64,000 bases of DNA from assembly GCA_002269645.1 (NCBI GenBank), contig NIVC01000573.1, forward strand, positions 186,001-250,000, given 5' to 3'. Origin of the DNA: Macrostomum lignano. Its lineage: Eukaryota. Shown in pieces: positions 24,202 through 34,879 of the stretch. Positions within the stretch are counted from its first letter, which is position 1. The number at the start of each line of letters is the position of its first letter. A program made the translations under genes and the position numbers. Under the pieces are notes generated by a model, which worked only from the letters and a program-made list of their open reading frames with translations, searched no databases and was not told where the DNA came from.

Positions 24202-25938
24202 TCATCGTTCAAACATCACCCAGCCGGTACTGTTGAACTCTGCTTCAACTGAGGCCAGATCAAAGTTGATGAAGTGGCATCTGGCCTGAGCGGCGTTGAA
24301 GAGAAATGCCCTGCAGTGAAGGCTGTATCTACACAGCAGAGCGCAGTGGCCTTGAGACCTGACCTGGGTGTTGGACTCCCGCGAGCAGTACTCATTGGCC
24401 GAGTCGATTGGAACATTGGTCAGATGGCGGAACATCGAGGCCTGAGCAAAGCTGTGCCGACCCTGCTCGCACACGTAGTAATAGTTGTTGGAGCAGTGGC
24501 TGTTCGACTGGCGGAACGGGCCGGCGCTGGTCTCCGCGTTGAGGGCCAGGCAGTCGTCGCGTCCGCTGGTCCAGTAGGGCCGATTCGGAGTCCACTGAGT
24601 CTCTGCTGGCATCTCATGGCCTTCGGTGCTCATCCAGCCCAGCTTGCTGGTGCGGACCTTTGCCAATGAGGAATTCGGGAAGTTGCCTAATAGCATGGGA
24701 TCCATCCTAGAGTATGGAATCTGGCAGTGAGTGTGGTGTATGGGATCTATAGCAGTGTGCTGTATGGGATCTAGCAGTGTGGTACAGGAGATCTAGCAGT
24801 GTGGTACAGGAGATCTAGCAGTGTGGGGTGTGGGATCTAGCAGTGTGATGTATGGGATCTAGCACTGTGGTGTATGAGATCTAGTAGTGTGGTGTATGAA
24901 ATCTAGCAGTGTGGTGTATGAGATCTAGCAGTGTGCTGTATGAGATCTAGCAGTGTGCTGTATGAGATCTAGGAGTGTGGTGTATGGAATCTAGCAGTGT
25001 GGTGTATGGGATCTAGCGGCGTGGTGTCTGGGATCTAGCAGTGTGGTGTATGAGATCTAGTAGTGTGGTGTATGAGATCTAGCAGTGTGGTGTATGGGAT
25101 CTAGCGGCGTGGTGTCTGGGATCTAGCAGTGTGGTGTATGAGATCTAGTAGTGTGGTGTATGAGATCTAGCGGTGTGGTGTATGAGATCTAGCGGTGTGG
25201 GGTGTGGGATCTAGCAGTGTGGTGGTGTATGGGATCTATAGCAGTGTGTTGTATGGGATCCATCCGTGTGGTGTATGGGATCTAGCAGTGTGGTGTATGG
25301 GATGATCTAACAGTGTGGTGTATGGGATGATCTAGCAGTGTGGTGTATGGGATCTATAGCAGTGTGGTGGTGTATGGGATCTATAGCAGTGTGGTGTATG
25401 GGATCTAGCAGTGTGGTGTATGGGATCTATAGCAGTGTGGTGGTGTATGGGATCTAGCAGTGTGGTGTATGGGATCTAGCAGTGTGGTGTATGGGATCTA
25501 GCAGTGTGGTGTATGGGATCTAGCAGTATGGTGTATGAGATCTAGCGGTGTGGTGTATGAGATCTAGCGGTGTGGTGTATGGGATTTATCGCTTGAGAGT
25601 ATGAGATTTTTTAGCTCAGAAAAAAAGGCAGTCCAGGTCAGGAAATTCTGAATCACCTCAGTCAGCAGGTCGGTGTAGCCAATCCAGTACCGAGTTCGCT
25701 GGTTCAGATCCGACATCAGTCGTTGGATCACATGCGGTGACGTCACAAGCCGGCCGCCGATGCCGCTGGAGGCAGCCTGGGCGCCGCACCAGGTGTCTGG
25801 CTGGACTGTTTCGGTTCGCACGCAGGTGAAATTGTCGCCCAGCAGCCTGGGAAAATCTGGGTCGCAACTACCGGTAGCTGCCGCTGAGCTGAAAACTGCT
25901 GCCAAGGTGCTGAGCAAAGTCCAGAATCTACTCTTCAT
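24202..25938 (-). CDS. Secreted C-type lectin-like + PAN/apple domain protein. Exons 25938-25657 and 24657-24202
   Basis: Signal peptide MKSRFWTLLSTLAAVFSSAAA; CTLD motifs GGRLV, YWIGYTD, DDCLAL and YYYVCE; C-terminal CALLC...CRAFLF...CHF PAN pattern; phase-0 GT-AG intron. Confidence 0.85.
24715..25585. repeat. ~22 bp minisatellite (gatctagcagtgtggtgtatgg) filling the lectin intron
   Basis: Visible tandem array. Confidence 0.96.
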
Positions 25939-26594
25939 CTCTGGATGCTTGAGTTCAACTGCTTCCCCAACTCCGCAAAAGAAATCGACACTTTTTTATA
26001 GCTGTCTTCAACTTAGCCTTGGGACAATTCGTTGCCACGTGCCTCGAGCTGCTTTGGAAGAATATTCCTGTTTGAATATCGTCATACATGCAGCTGGCTT
26101 TGTTTGTTTTACTGAACGTGTTGCCGTGACAACGGCTCAACTGTGGGAACACCTGTGCACTCGTATGTTTCTGAATTGACAAGGGAAACTCGCGGACAAA
26201 GAAGAGAGGTTGGAAGATGGAGCTATTTTCCAGAGCTACCATACCAGGAATTTTTTAGTTTGTTAGAAGTGAATTCTGCCACTTCTTAATCCTTGCCTGT
26301 CCTTCCGCTATTCCCCGTGGCGCTGTCCCATTCCCCCTGTCTTTCCTCCATACTATGTGAGTCTACTGCTCTGACTGCTCGTAAGTTGTTATCCTTAATA
26401 TATTGGCGTTATTCTCCCTACTTCTAATGTAACCCCCTTATCCCATACTTATTTTCACTGCTTTCTACTCATATCCGTAGAGCGTGAACACGATGTTCCC
26501 TATTCTGTCTTAAATAATTCCCCCTTTTCATGAGTCTGCAATAAAACCCTTTCCATCATGTCTCCCCAACTTGCTCTCTCCTATTTATCCTTAG

Positions 26595-26695
26595 CTACCA
26601 GACCCCCTATCTACCAGACCCCCTATCTACCAGACCCCCTATCTACCAGACCCCCTATCTACCAGACCTCCTATCTACCGGACCCCCTATCTATC
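26595..26695. repeat. 16 bp tandem repeat (cctatctaccagaccc)
   Basis: About 6 copies visible. Confidence 0.9.
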
Positions 26696-26953
26696 AGAAA
26701 CAAAAGTTGCGTCGTTACCTATCTGAATGCGCCAAAACCCATCCAAAAAAATCGCGGCTTTCCTCATCGTTTCCTCGTGACCCGCATGATAATTCTATTT
26801 TTAGAACGAGGTGAATGACGTCAGAAGACTGGAAGCCAATCAGAGAGAGACTGTCCTGGCAACGATCTTGGAAAGCATCACGTGACCGACCTTGGGGACT
26901 ATCTGCGCTGAGGATTTTAGACCGACGTGTGGTTTTGACTTTGACTGATGACT

Positions 26954-26956
<3 letters not shown>

Positions 26957-27007
<51 letters not shown>
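26957..27007. repeat. (GA)n microsatellite
   Basis: Visible. Confidence 0.97.
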
Positions 27008-27010
<3 letters not shown>

Positions 27011-27089
27011 AGAGACCTGTTAGCACTGGAATGCCGGAAGCATCCAGAACCCTGGACACAGGACTCTTCTCTCAACCCTTCTGCAACTC

Positions 27090-27410
27090 GGGCGGGTGAC
27101 CCTGTGACCCAACTCGAGCGGGTGAGCCTGTGACCCAACTCGAGCGGGTGACCCTGTGACCCAACTTGGACGGTTGACCCTGTGACCCAACTCGGACGGG
27201 TGACCCTGTGACCCAACTCGGACAGGTGACCTATGACCCGACTCGGGCAGGTGACTGTGACCCCAACTCGAGCGGGTGATCTGTGACCCAACTCGATCGG
27301 GTGATCTGTGACCCGACTCGGGCAGGGGACTGTGACCCAACTCGAGCGGTTGATTTGTGACCCAATTCGAGCGGGCGAGCCGGTGACCCAATTCGAACGG
27401 GTGACCTGTG
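27090..27410. repeat. ~26 bp minisatellite (gtgacccaactcgagcgggtgaccct)
   Basis: About 12 copies visible. Confidence 0.93.
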
Positions 27411-27559
27411 ACCAGCGGTCTGCGGCAGGCCAGCTTATGTCTGCCATTTCCCATTCCACGAGTCCCAAAGTCCCACACTCCACCCTTCGGGAACTTTGAA
27501 TTAAACAGTAAATAAACAATAAAAAGTTGCACAATTGAAGATTTTAGGAATATAATATA

Positions 27560-27821
27560 TGATGTGTGTCGAGATTAAGATGACGAGCGGTGCAAGGTTA
27601 TCGTTTATATTTGATGGTATAATCAGGAATCTTGAACGCATAGCTCTAGGCGGGGTCTTGAGGGGGAGAAGGGCTGAAACTGAGAGGGGCTCTGCGAAAG
27701 AAAGAGTATACTGCCATAGACTAACTAAACAGCAACAAAACGAAAGTTGAGCGAGCTTAAGTCACATAGACAGAAAAACAATAATGCACTAAAGCTATAG
27801 GCTGAGCTCTGATGCACAACA
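27560..27821 (-). repeat. Gypsy 3' LTR
   Basis: TG...CA ends; near-identical to 37707-37968. Confidence 0.96.
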
Positions 27822-28000
27822 TGTCCCCCTTACGGAACGAAGGGCGTGGGGCCGATATTCACGCATACGCGCGTGAGCAACAATCATAGAAAGAACTATT
27901 CAAACTATCATATGTGGGAAACGACTATGCCAGAGCGTTATGTTAGGTATATGATTAAGTAGAGCAGTTTTTGTTATCTGAAGAATTGTCAGTGAGTCAA

Positions 28001-29043
28001 TCATGGTGAGAAGCGATCAGGCGCGCGGCATGCACGGGTGCTACGGCGGGGCAACGCAGCCCCATGCTCCTGGCTTGGACCCTCCTGTCCCGTAGCAGGG
28101 TCTTCGTCTCTTGAGTCCTCGTCGACGTTCGGAACTGGAGCATCGGTTTCATAGCTATCCTCCTCGTCGGTGGCGAATGGATCGGCCGCGGGCGCCAGTT
28201 GGTTTGTACTGGCCAGGTGCAATCCATTTTTAGCCGGAATCCATGCGGTGTTGCGCCCTGACGTCATTAGAAATGTGGCTGAGTTGGTGCTTGCGGAGGC
28301 GGTAGGCCGATACATGACGCCGTCACCTTGCTCAAAGTGCGTCACCACCGGTACTCTGAGCTTTTTGCCGAACAGTATCTCGGCCGGGCATTGCCCCGCG
28401 ACGATGCTGAGTTCCGATGGTGGAGCAGCACTTTCTGCAGAAAATGGCTGAATTCCATGTGCGTAATTCTCTCTGACCACGCGCGCAGTGCAGCTTTGAC
28501 GGTCTGTACAGCGCGTTCGGCCGCTCCGTTTGCCTGTGGATAATAAGCTGGCGATTCAAGTTTATGGACACCATTGGCCCGTAGCCAAGAGTAGAGGGGA
28601 TCACCGATGAACTCTGGTGCATTATCGGACACTACCAGCTCGGCCACTCCAAAGCGTGCGAACACTGCGTGCAAACACTGCATAACTGATTCGCCAGTTC
28701 TATTCCGACAAGGGAATGCCTCTATCCAGCCAGAAAATGTGTCAACGATGACTAGAATGTTACCGGCGTCCTTCACATAGGCCCAGTCCATATGGATACG
28801 TTGAAACGGGTACGAAGCTGCCGGCCAGTGGTCTCTGTCATTTCCCAAGCGAGGTCGCAAGTGGCAACAGCCTGGGCAGCGCTGGACAAACTGGGTTACA
28901 TCCTGCTGCATGCCAGGCCACCAGCAGGACGCTGAGAGCAGGTTGTACGAAGCTTGTGCACCTGAATGGGTGTCATGAACGGCCTCAAACGCTGCCTTGC
29001 GCAGCCGCGGTGGTATAAACACGCGTCTCTGTATATAGAGAAG
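28001..29043 (-). CDS. Gypsy pol 3' part (integrase), one frameshift near 28400
   Basis: VHDTHSG...CWWPGM...RCPGC Zn finger; IHMDW, VVSDNAPEF and NGAAERAV (DDE core). Confidence 0.92.
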
Positions 29044-29328
29044 GCACGCGAAGGCGTATTCAGCATGCCAGTGAAGTATGAGACAGACTAGGCCTACGAG
29101 CTAAGGTCTGCGATGCTTCACGCCTGCCCCCATCTTCAGCAGGTCAAGGCTGGTGGGAGGTCTGCACCCTCTATTTGCCTCTGGCAGCCGCAGACTCCCC
29201 CACGCTGTCTCGCAAGTCGACCCAGGGGTACTCGTCCCCGCGTGTGTTCAAGGCAGACCCTAGGGCTGCTGGACAGACTGGGCTCCGGCGCTGGCGACCC
29301 TATCCAGTGGCTTCGGCCGAATTTGGGT
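29044..29328 (+). ncRNA. Predicted HDV-like self-cleaving ribozyme at the LINE 5' end
   Basis: P1 gcacgcg (29044-50) / cgcgtgt (29239-45) with G1-U wobble; P2 acccag (29220-25) / ttgggt (29323-28); P3 ggg/ccc closing L3 tactcgt; P1.1 ac (29230-31) / gt (29246-47); J4/2 cgaat with the catalytic-C equivalent at 29318. Confidence 0.82.
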
Positions 29329-29533
29329 ATGCGGGTCTGGCTCACCAGCCTGCAGGCCGTGGTACTGCTTAACGTACCCTCTAATGCCTAAGGTGTTTGA
29401 CCGTGCCGATGGGCTGGAAGGCCGGGGAGTAGTCCGGTCGCTAGCGGTCCTTTTTTCAAACCGGCTGGCTTGAGGTGTCGGCCAGTCGGGTACTCAACTC
29501 GCATAACGAGTAGCCCTCCCCCGCTTTTCAGCT

Positions 29534-31063
29534 ATGGCCACTAACGCCACCATCCCTAAAGAAACTGACCCGGTCGCCTCTGGCTCACCGGGATCAGCCG
29601 CTCCGGTAGCTACCACTGGTAGCACCAACGCCCAACCTGGTCCAACCGGGCCAGCTGACGCTGCCGCCGATCACCCTGGCCGCCAGTCTAGCCGACCGCG
29701 CACGGCCGAGTCTCGACGACAGCGGAACATCCGCCGCAACCGTAAGCGGCAGGAGAAGCGGGCTGCTGCTGCGTCTGAGGAGGGCACGCAAGCCGCGGTG
29801 AGGCCTTCGGGAGCCACCGCAGCGGGGAGGCCCTCTGGGGAGTCCGGTGGCGCGGCTGGGCCGTCAGGAACCGCCGTGTCCTCGGGCTCTCAGGGGGGCA
29901 ACCCTGCCGGCCTACCGCCTTCCAAAGACAAAGCGGCCCCGCTCAAGACCTCCGAGTCCTACGCGTCCAAGGTCAAGCAGCCGCTGCAACCCGCCGTGAT
30001 GATCCTCGGCGGGGATTTCGACCTGACGCCCGAGCAGCTCGACGTCGCGTGGCGTACCATCGACGAGGGCTTGCTCAATCTAACCCTGGAGGGCGTCTTC
30101 GTGGACATCGTCAAGTCCACCAAGGCGAACGGGTGCATCCTACTGTGGTGCAAATCCGAGGAGAGCACCCAGCTCCTGCGGGATCAGCTGCCCAAGTTCG
30201 ACTGGCACAGCGACCTGGGCCAGCTGACCTTCGCCTTGGAGAGCGAGCGGCCGAAGACCATCCGCCATCGGATTTGGGTCCCGGCCGACAGTGCAATCAA
30301 GTCCGGGGAGCAGCTGCGGCAGCTCCTGCTCAAGCGGCACCCGGATCTCGACGCCAGTGGTCTTGTGTACCACAGCACGGTCCGCAAGGGCACGACCGGG
30401 GCCACAGTCATCCTCGGCCTGACGGAGGGATGGGCCAAGCGGCTACCGCACGGCACAAACCTCCACCTTGGTCTCCATCAACTGACCATCCTCCGCTGTG
30501 AGGAGGGCAAGGTGGAGACCAAGAAAGACGGGAAGCGCGCCGCTCCCGGAGCTGGGGCTCATGCCCCGCCGGCCAAGCGGCAGCAGCAACCCGATCCCGA
30601 GCCTAACAAGGCTATTCGCGCTGCTGAGTCCGCCTCGCGCGGACGTAGACCCGCCCGCAGTAGCCGGCGGTCCGGTCTAATCCAGCGCGCACTTGACGAA
30701 GCTCAGTCTCTGAGACTTCACCTCGAGCAGACTCGTGCCGCTCGAAAAAACACTGAAAGCCAGCCGAGGGAACTGGACGACGGCACGGCTCAGCCTTCCA
30801 ACTGGTGGGATTACCACCAGGAGGACGCTGCCGGCCGAGCTCAGACTCCCGACGGCGGGGCGCAAGGCGAAGGCAGCAGCCGTACCCCAGTCGCTGGGGA
30901 GGAGGGCGGTGTAGCGCGGCTAGGTGACTCACCTGCCGTGGGCGCCGTGTCCGCCTCCGCGGCGGCTGGGGAGGCGGCTGAGCCTGAGCCAATGGAAATT
31001 GGCGACTCAACTCTCACCGATGAGGCTGAGAATGAGTTGCTTTTCTCCTCCCCTGGACAGTAG
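29534..31063 (+). CDS. LINE ORF1 (gag-like; central region reminiscent of the DUF4780 domain of R1/LOA ORF1s)
   Basis: Intact 509-aa ORF ending 2 nt before the ORF2 ATG. Confidence 0.88.
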   Translation: MATNATIPKETDPVASGSPGSAAPVATTGSTNAQPGPTGPADAAADHPGRQSSRPRTAESRRQRNIRRNRKRQEKRAAAASEEGTQAAVRPSGATAAGRPSGESGGAAGPSGTAVSSGSQGGNPAGLPPSKDKAAPLKTSESYASKVKQPLQPAVMILGGDFDLTPEQLDVAWRTIDEGLLNLTLEGVFVDIVKSTKANGCILLWCKSEESTQLLRDQLPKFDWHSDLGQLTFALESERPKTIRHRIWVPADSAIKSGEQLRQLLLKRHPDLDASGLVYHSTVRKGTTGATVILGLTEGWAKRLPHGTNLHLGLHQLTILRCEEGKVETKKDGKRAAPGAGAHAPPAKRQQQPDPEPNKAIRAAESASRGRRPARSSRRSGLIQRALDEAQSLRLHLEQTRAARKNTESQPRELDDGTAQPSNWWDYHQEDAAGRAQTPDGGAQGEGSSRTPVAGEEGGVARLGDSPAVGAVSASAAAGEAAEPEPMEIGDSTLTDEAENELLFSSPGQ

Positions 31064-31065
31064 AC

Positions 31066-34000
31066 ATGACTGTCTCCCAGGGCATCCACTGCTTGCAGGT
31101 CAACCTGCAGCACAGCATTGCTGCTTCAGTCAACCTCTTGAAGCACACTGACCAATACGTGCCAGGGATTATCCTTATCCAGGAACCTTGGACGCTTAGG
31201 GGCAGCCCCCAACATGTCCCCACCGGCTACCAGTGTTTAACCGCTGGTACCCGGGAGGGAAACCTGGCACCAAGATCCTGCATCATGGTGTCCAGTTCTA
31301 TTAACGCATGGCTCAGATCAGACCTGTCCACCAGGGACATCTGTGTCATCCAGTCTGAAGACATACTCCCTGGGAGGACTACCCTCATCGCCTCGGTTTA
31401 CCTACCGGGCGACGGCGAGATGATCCCAGTAGAGCTTGTCACACTGGTCGAGCTCTGCTCCACCAGAAACTATGAGCTGCTCGTGGCAGGTGACATCAAT
31501 GCCCACCACACCCACTGGGGCAGTTCTGATATAAACCAGAGAGGTGAAGACTTCCTGGCTTATATTGCTACTACAACCCTTGAGTTCTGTAACTCGGGTA
31601 GTACCCCTACCTTCAATAACGGACGCCGATCGGAGGTGCTGGATGCCACCCTCGCCACGCCCAGGCTCTTCCAGAGCACTAGGGAATGGCGGGTGCTTCC
31701 TGAGGCGTCCCTCTCCGATCACAAGTTCATCTCTTTCACGCTGGCCAGCGCCCGTAACGCAGGCCAGCTTTACTGGAAACGGAATGCTAGGAATACCGAC
31801 TGGACCGCCTTCAGGCTTGCCCTGGAGGAGACCTATCGTTGCACTAGCGCTCCAGTCTCCATCAACACCTGCGAAGAAGCAGATGAATTTGCGGCCGCAC
31901 TTACGGACTCGCTCACTGCTGCCTTCGAAGCCTCATGCCCACTAAAGGCATATAAAGGCAAACAGTCGGCCCCATGGTGGAACCCGCAGCTTGGCGACCT
32001 CCGTCGCAGAGCCAAAAGGCTTCACCGCAGGGCCCAAAAAACTAAAAACCCGGCCGACCAAACCGCCTACCTGAACTCTATCCACGAGTTCAAGAGGCAG
32101 GTTAGGAACGCCAAAACCAACAAGTGGCGCGAATACTGTGAGGAACTTGAGGGCTCCCGCCCCACCTCCAGAATCGTTAAAGCCCTCACCCTGGACAAAA
32201 TGTCCAAACTCTCCTCAGTCAAGAGAGCCGACGGCTCGCTCACTGAGAACCCAGGAGAAACACTGGAAGCGATGCTAACAGCGTTTTTCCCGAACGAGCC
32301 AGCTAGGCCCGGCCCCCTGACCACTCAGTGGGCGGACACGTACTGGCTGACTCAATCATCACGGAGGACCGCGTTACTAAAGCTGTCTCCTCCTTCAAAC
32401 CCTTCAAATCCCCAGGACCGGACGGCGTTGTGCCAGCCTTCCTGCGGGAGGCGGTGAAATGCACCGGTTTCCTGCGGAACCTTTGCCGGCTTCTGAAAGC
32501 CTGCATTGTGCTCGGCTTTGTTCCGAAATCCTGGACCGAGGCCAAGGTGGTCTTTATCCCCAAGCCTGGCCGACCGGACTACCGGTCCATTAAATCCTTC
32601 AGACCAATTAGCCTCACCTCCTCATTGGTGAAGCTGTTAGAGAGACTGGTGCTCTGGCGCCTCCTCTCTGTGGAACTGAAGAACAAGCCGCTCAGTGAGA
32701 ACCAGCATGCCTTTCGGGCAGGCAGGTCCACGGAGAGCGCGCTTCACGTTCTGGTTGACATGCTGGAGAAAGCCGTTCTTGGTAATGGCTACGCTCTCGC
32801 TGTCTTCCTCGACATTGTTGGAGCCTTCGATAATGTCCTCTTTGAGGCCTTTGACAGAGCTCTACGTGCTAGAGGAACCCACTCGCACCTCACCCGGTGG
32901 ATCATGTATATGATCAGCCACCGTACTGCCACCGCACACCTGTTGGGCCACCAACGGACGGTAACCGTCTGCAAAGGCAGCCCCCAGGGCGGTGTCCTCT
33001 CTCCAGTTCTCTGGAACATGGTCATCGATGAGCTCCTCCAGGACAGCCATCTTGACCCCATCCTCAAGGTCGGTTACGCCGATGATGTCACAGCCGTGGC
33101 ATCCGGACCGTCACCTGAAACCCTTAGAGATCTTTTGCAAAACTTCATTCGCTCTGCTGAACGTTGGGCGGACAGGTGCGGCCTCAGGCTCTCCGAGACC
33201 AAAACTGTCGCGATCATGTTCACCAGCAGGGTAAACTGGCGTATTCGCCCACTAAAGCTTTACGGGTGGAAATTCCATCCTGCAAGCAAACCAAGTGTCT
33301 CGGCGTTACGCTGGACCACCGGCTGAGCTGGTCCACCCACGTCCAGGCCAAAACCAAAAAAGCCCTCGCGATTCTTGCGCAGCTGCGCAGAGCCGTCGGC
33401 ACCACCTGGGGCCTCACCCCAAAGCGTCTCTGGTGGATCTATACCGCAATGGTCCGACCGGCCGTTACATACGCCGGCCTGGTCTGGACCAGCGCCTTGC
33501 AGATTAAAACCTGCCACGAAGCCCTCAAAAAGGTGCAGGGACGTGCGTGCCGCATGATCCTGAATGCCCCGCTCTCTGCTCCCTTTGACGGCCTCAACGC
33601 CTTTCTCTGCCTCCCGCCTCTGGACATCTTTGTCCGTCGCGAGGCTGCTAAAACCACCCGCCGGCTCATCGAGGCTGGTGTTAGCTTCAAGCCACAAAGA
33701 GCGATGGCGAAGCGCAAGCTCCTGCCGCACTCTGACCTGTGCCTTAAAGTTCTGGAGGAGAGTGGGAGTGCGGCTGTCCTTTCGGACGCTGAACCGCGCT
33801 CCCTCAACCTCTACCAACGCTTCAAGGTCACGATCCCCTCCAGGGAGAACGCCAACGACAGCTGGGCCCCTCAGGAGGTTCACTGCTTCACTGACGGATC
33901 CTCCAAAGACGGTTTATCCGGCTTTGGAGTCTGCATCCTTATCAACGGCCGCGTGATTGCTACTCACGCCCAACACACTGGCAGACTCTCCAGCGTCTTC

Positions 34001-34768
34001 CAGAATGAAGTCCTTGCCATCAGCTCCTGTGCAGCTGAGCTCCACCGCAAGGACTTCAAGGACAAAAGAATCTTCTTCCACTCTGACAGCCAGGCCGCTT
34101 TACAGGCCCTGTGTCACACCACTACGAACTCCCGAACAGTCCGCGACTGTATCGGGCAGCTCAACAAGCTGGCTCGGAGGAACACCGTCCGGCTCACGTG
34201 GATCCCAGGACACGCCGGCTTCAAAGGTAACGAGCTCGCCGACTCCCTCGCTAAGGCGGGCTGTTCCGGCTCGCCCCTTGGCCCCGTGCCCCTGGCCCCC
34301 ATCCCCGCCACAGTCATTAATCGTCAGATTAACGACTGGGCGGACATCCTGCACTTGCGCAGATGGGATGGTATCTCCAACTGCCGCCAATCTCGTGCGG
34401 CAGTGCCCAATCCGTCCCTCAAGCTGCGGAGAATCCTTTTGAATCAAAATCGAAAAGATATCCGCGCTCTCACTATGACCTTCACAGGTCACGGTTGCTT
34501 TGCCAGGCACTGCTTCCTCCGATGTGTTCGCCGGAGTGAACTCTGCCCCTTCTGCAGCCTCGAGAATGAAGATGCCATGCACTTCGTCTGCTACTGCCCG
34601 GCCTTCAACCGAGACCGGCTCAACCACCTCGGGCCCAACCCGTCCCTGGACGACGTTTGCCGGCCCGAGAACATCCCACGGCTCATCCGGTTCCTCCGGG
34701 CCACCAAGCGAGCCTCCGTCTTCCCCACCGAAGACAACGCTGCAGACAGGACCGGCAGACCTCCCTGA
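31066..34768 (+). CDS. LINE ORF2 (AP endonuclease, reverse transcriptase, RNase H, CCHC) with two 1-bp frameshifts (~32315, ~33255)
   Basis: LQVNLQHS, LIQEPW, GDINAHH and SDH (APE); KGSPQGGVLSP and YADD (RT); FTDGS, FQNEV, HSDSQAAL, WIPGHAGFKGNELAD (RNase H); CPFCSLENEDAMHFVCYC. Confidence 0.95.
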
Positions 34769-34879
34769 CCGGCCCCGCGCCCTAGCCTATGCGGGTCTTT
34801 CAGGGATTAGCGGAATGGGCGACGCTCGCCTCCCCGCTGCGTCTTCGGACCGCCCTGCAGCTAAGTCAAGTAAGTCAAA

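Larger units (their letters stand above)
29044..34879 (+). mobile_element. Full-length non-LTR retrotransposon (R1/LOA-like; ORF1 + APE-RT-RNase H-CCHC ORF2)
   Basis: 13-bp TSD gtatatagagaag at 29031-29043 and 34880-34892; removing the insert restores Gypsy ENGLLYIQRRVFIPP; 3' tail taagtcaag-taagtcaaa. Confidence 0.96.

Noticed and set aside
29019-29026. cacgcg in the Gypsy target just upstream of the LINE, matching the LINE's first bases
   Set aside because: A 6-7 nt match outside the TSD is plausible by chance. At most it offers an alternative P1 pairing.
32300-33270. Programmed ribosomal frameshifting in LINE ORF2
   Set aside because: No X-XXY-YYZ slippery heptamers. Both shifts are simple 1-bp losses in C or G runs within conserved domains.
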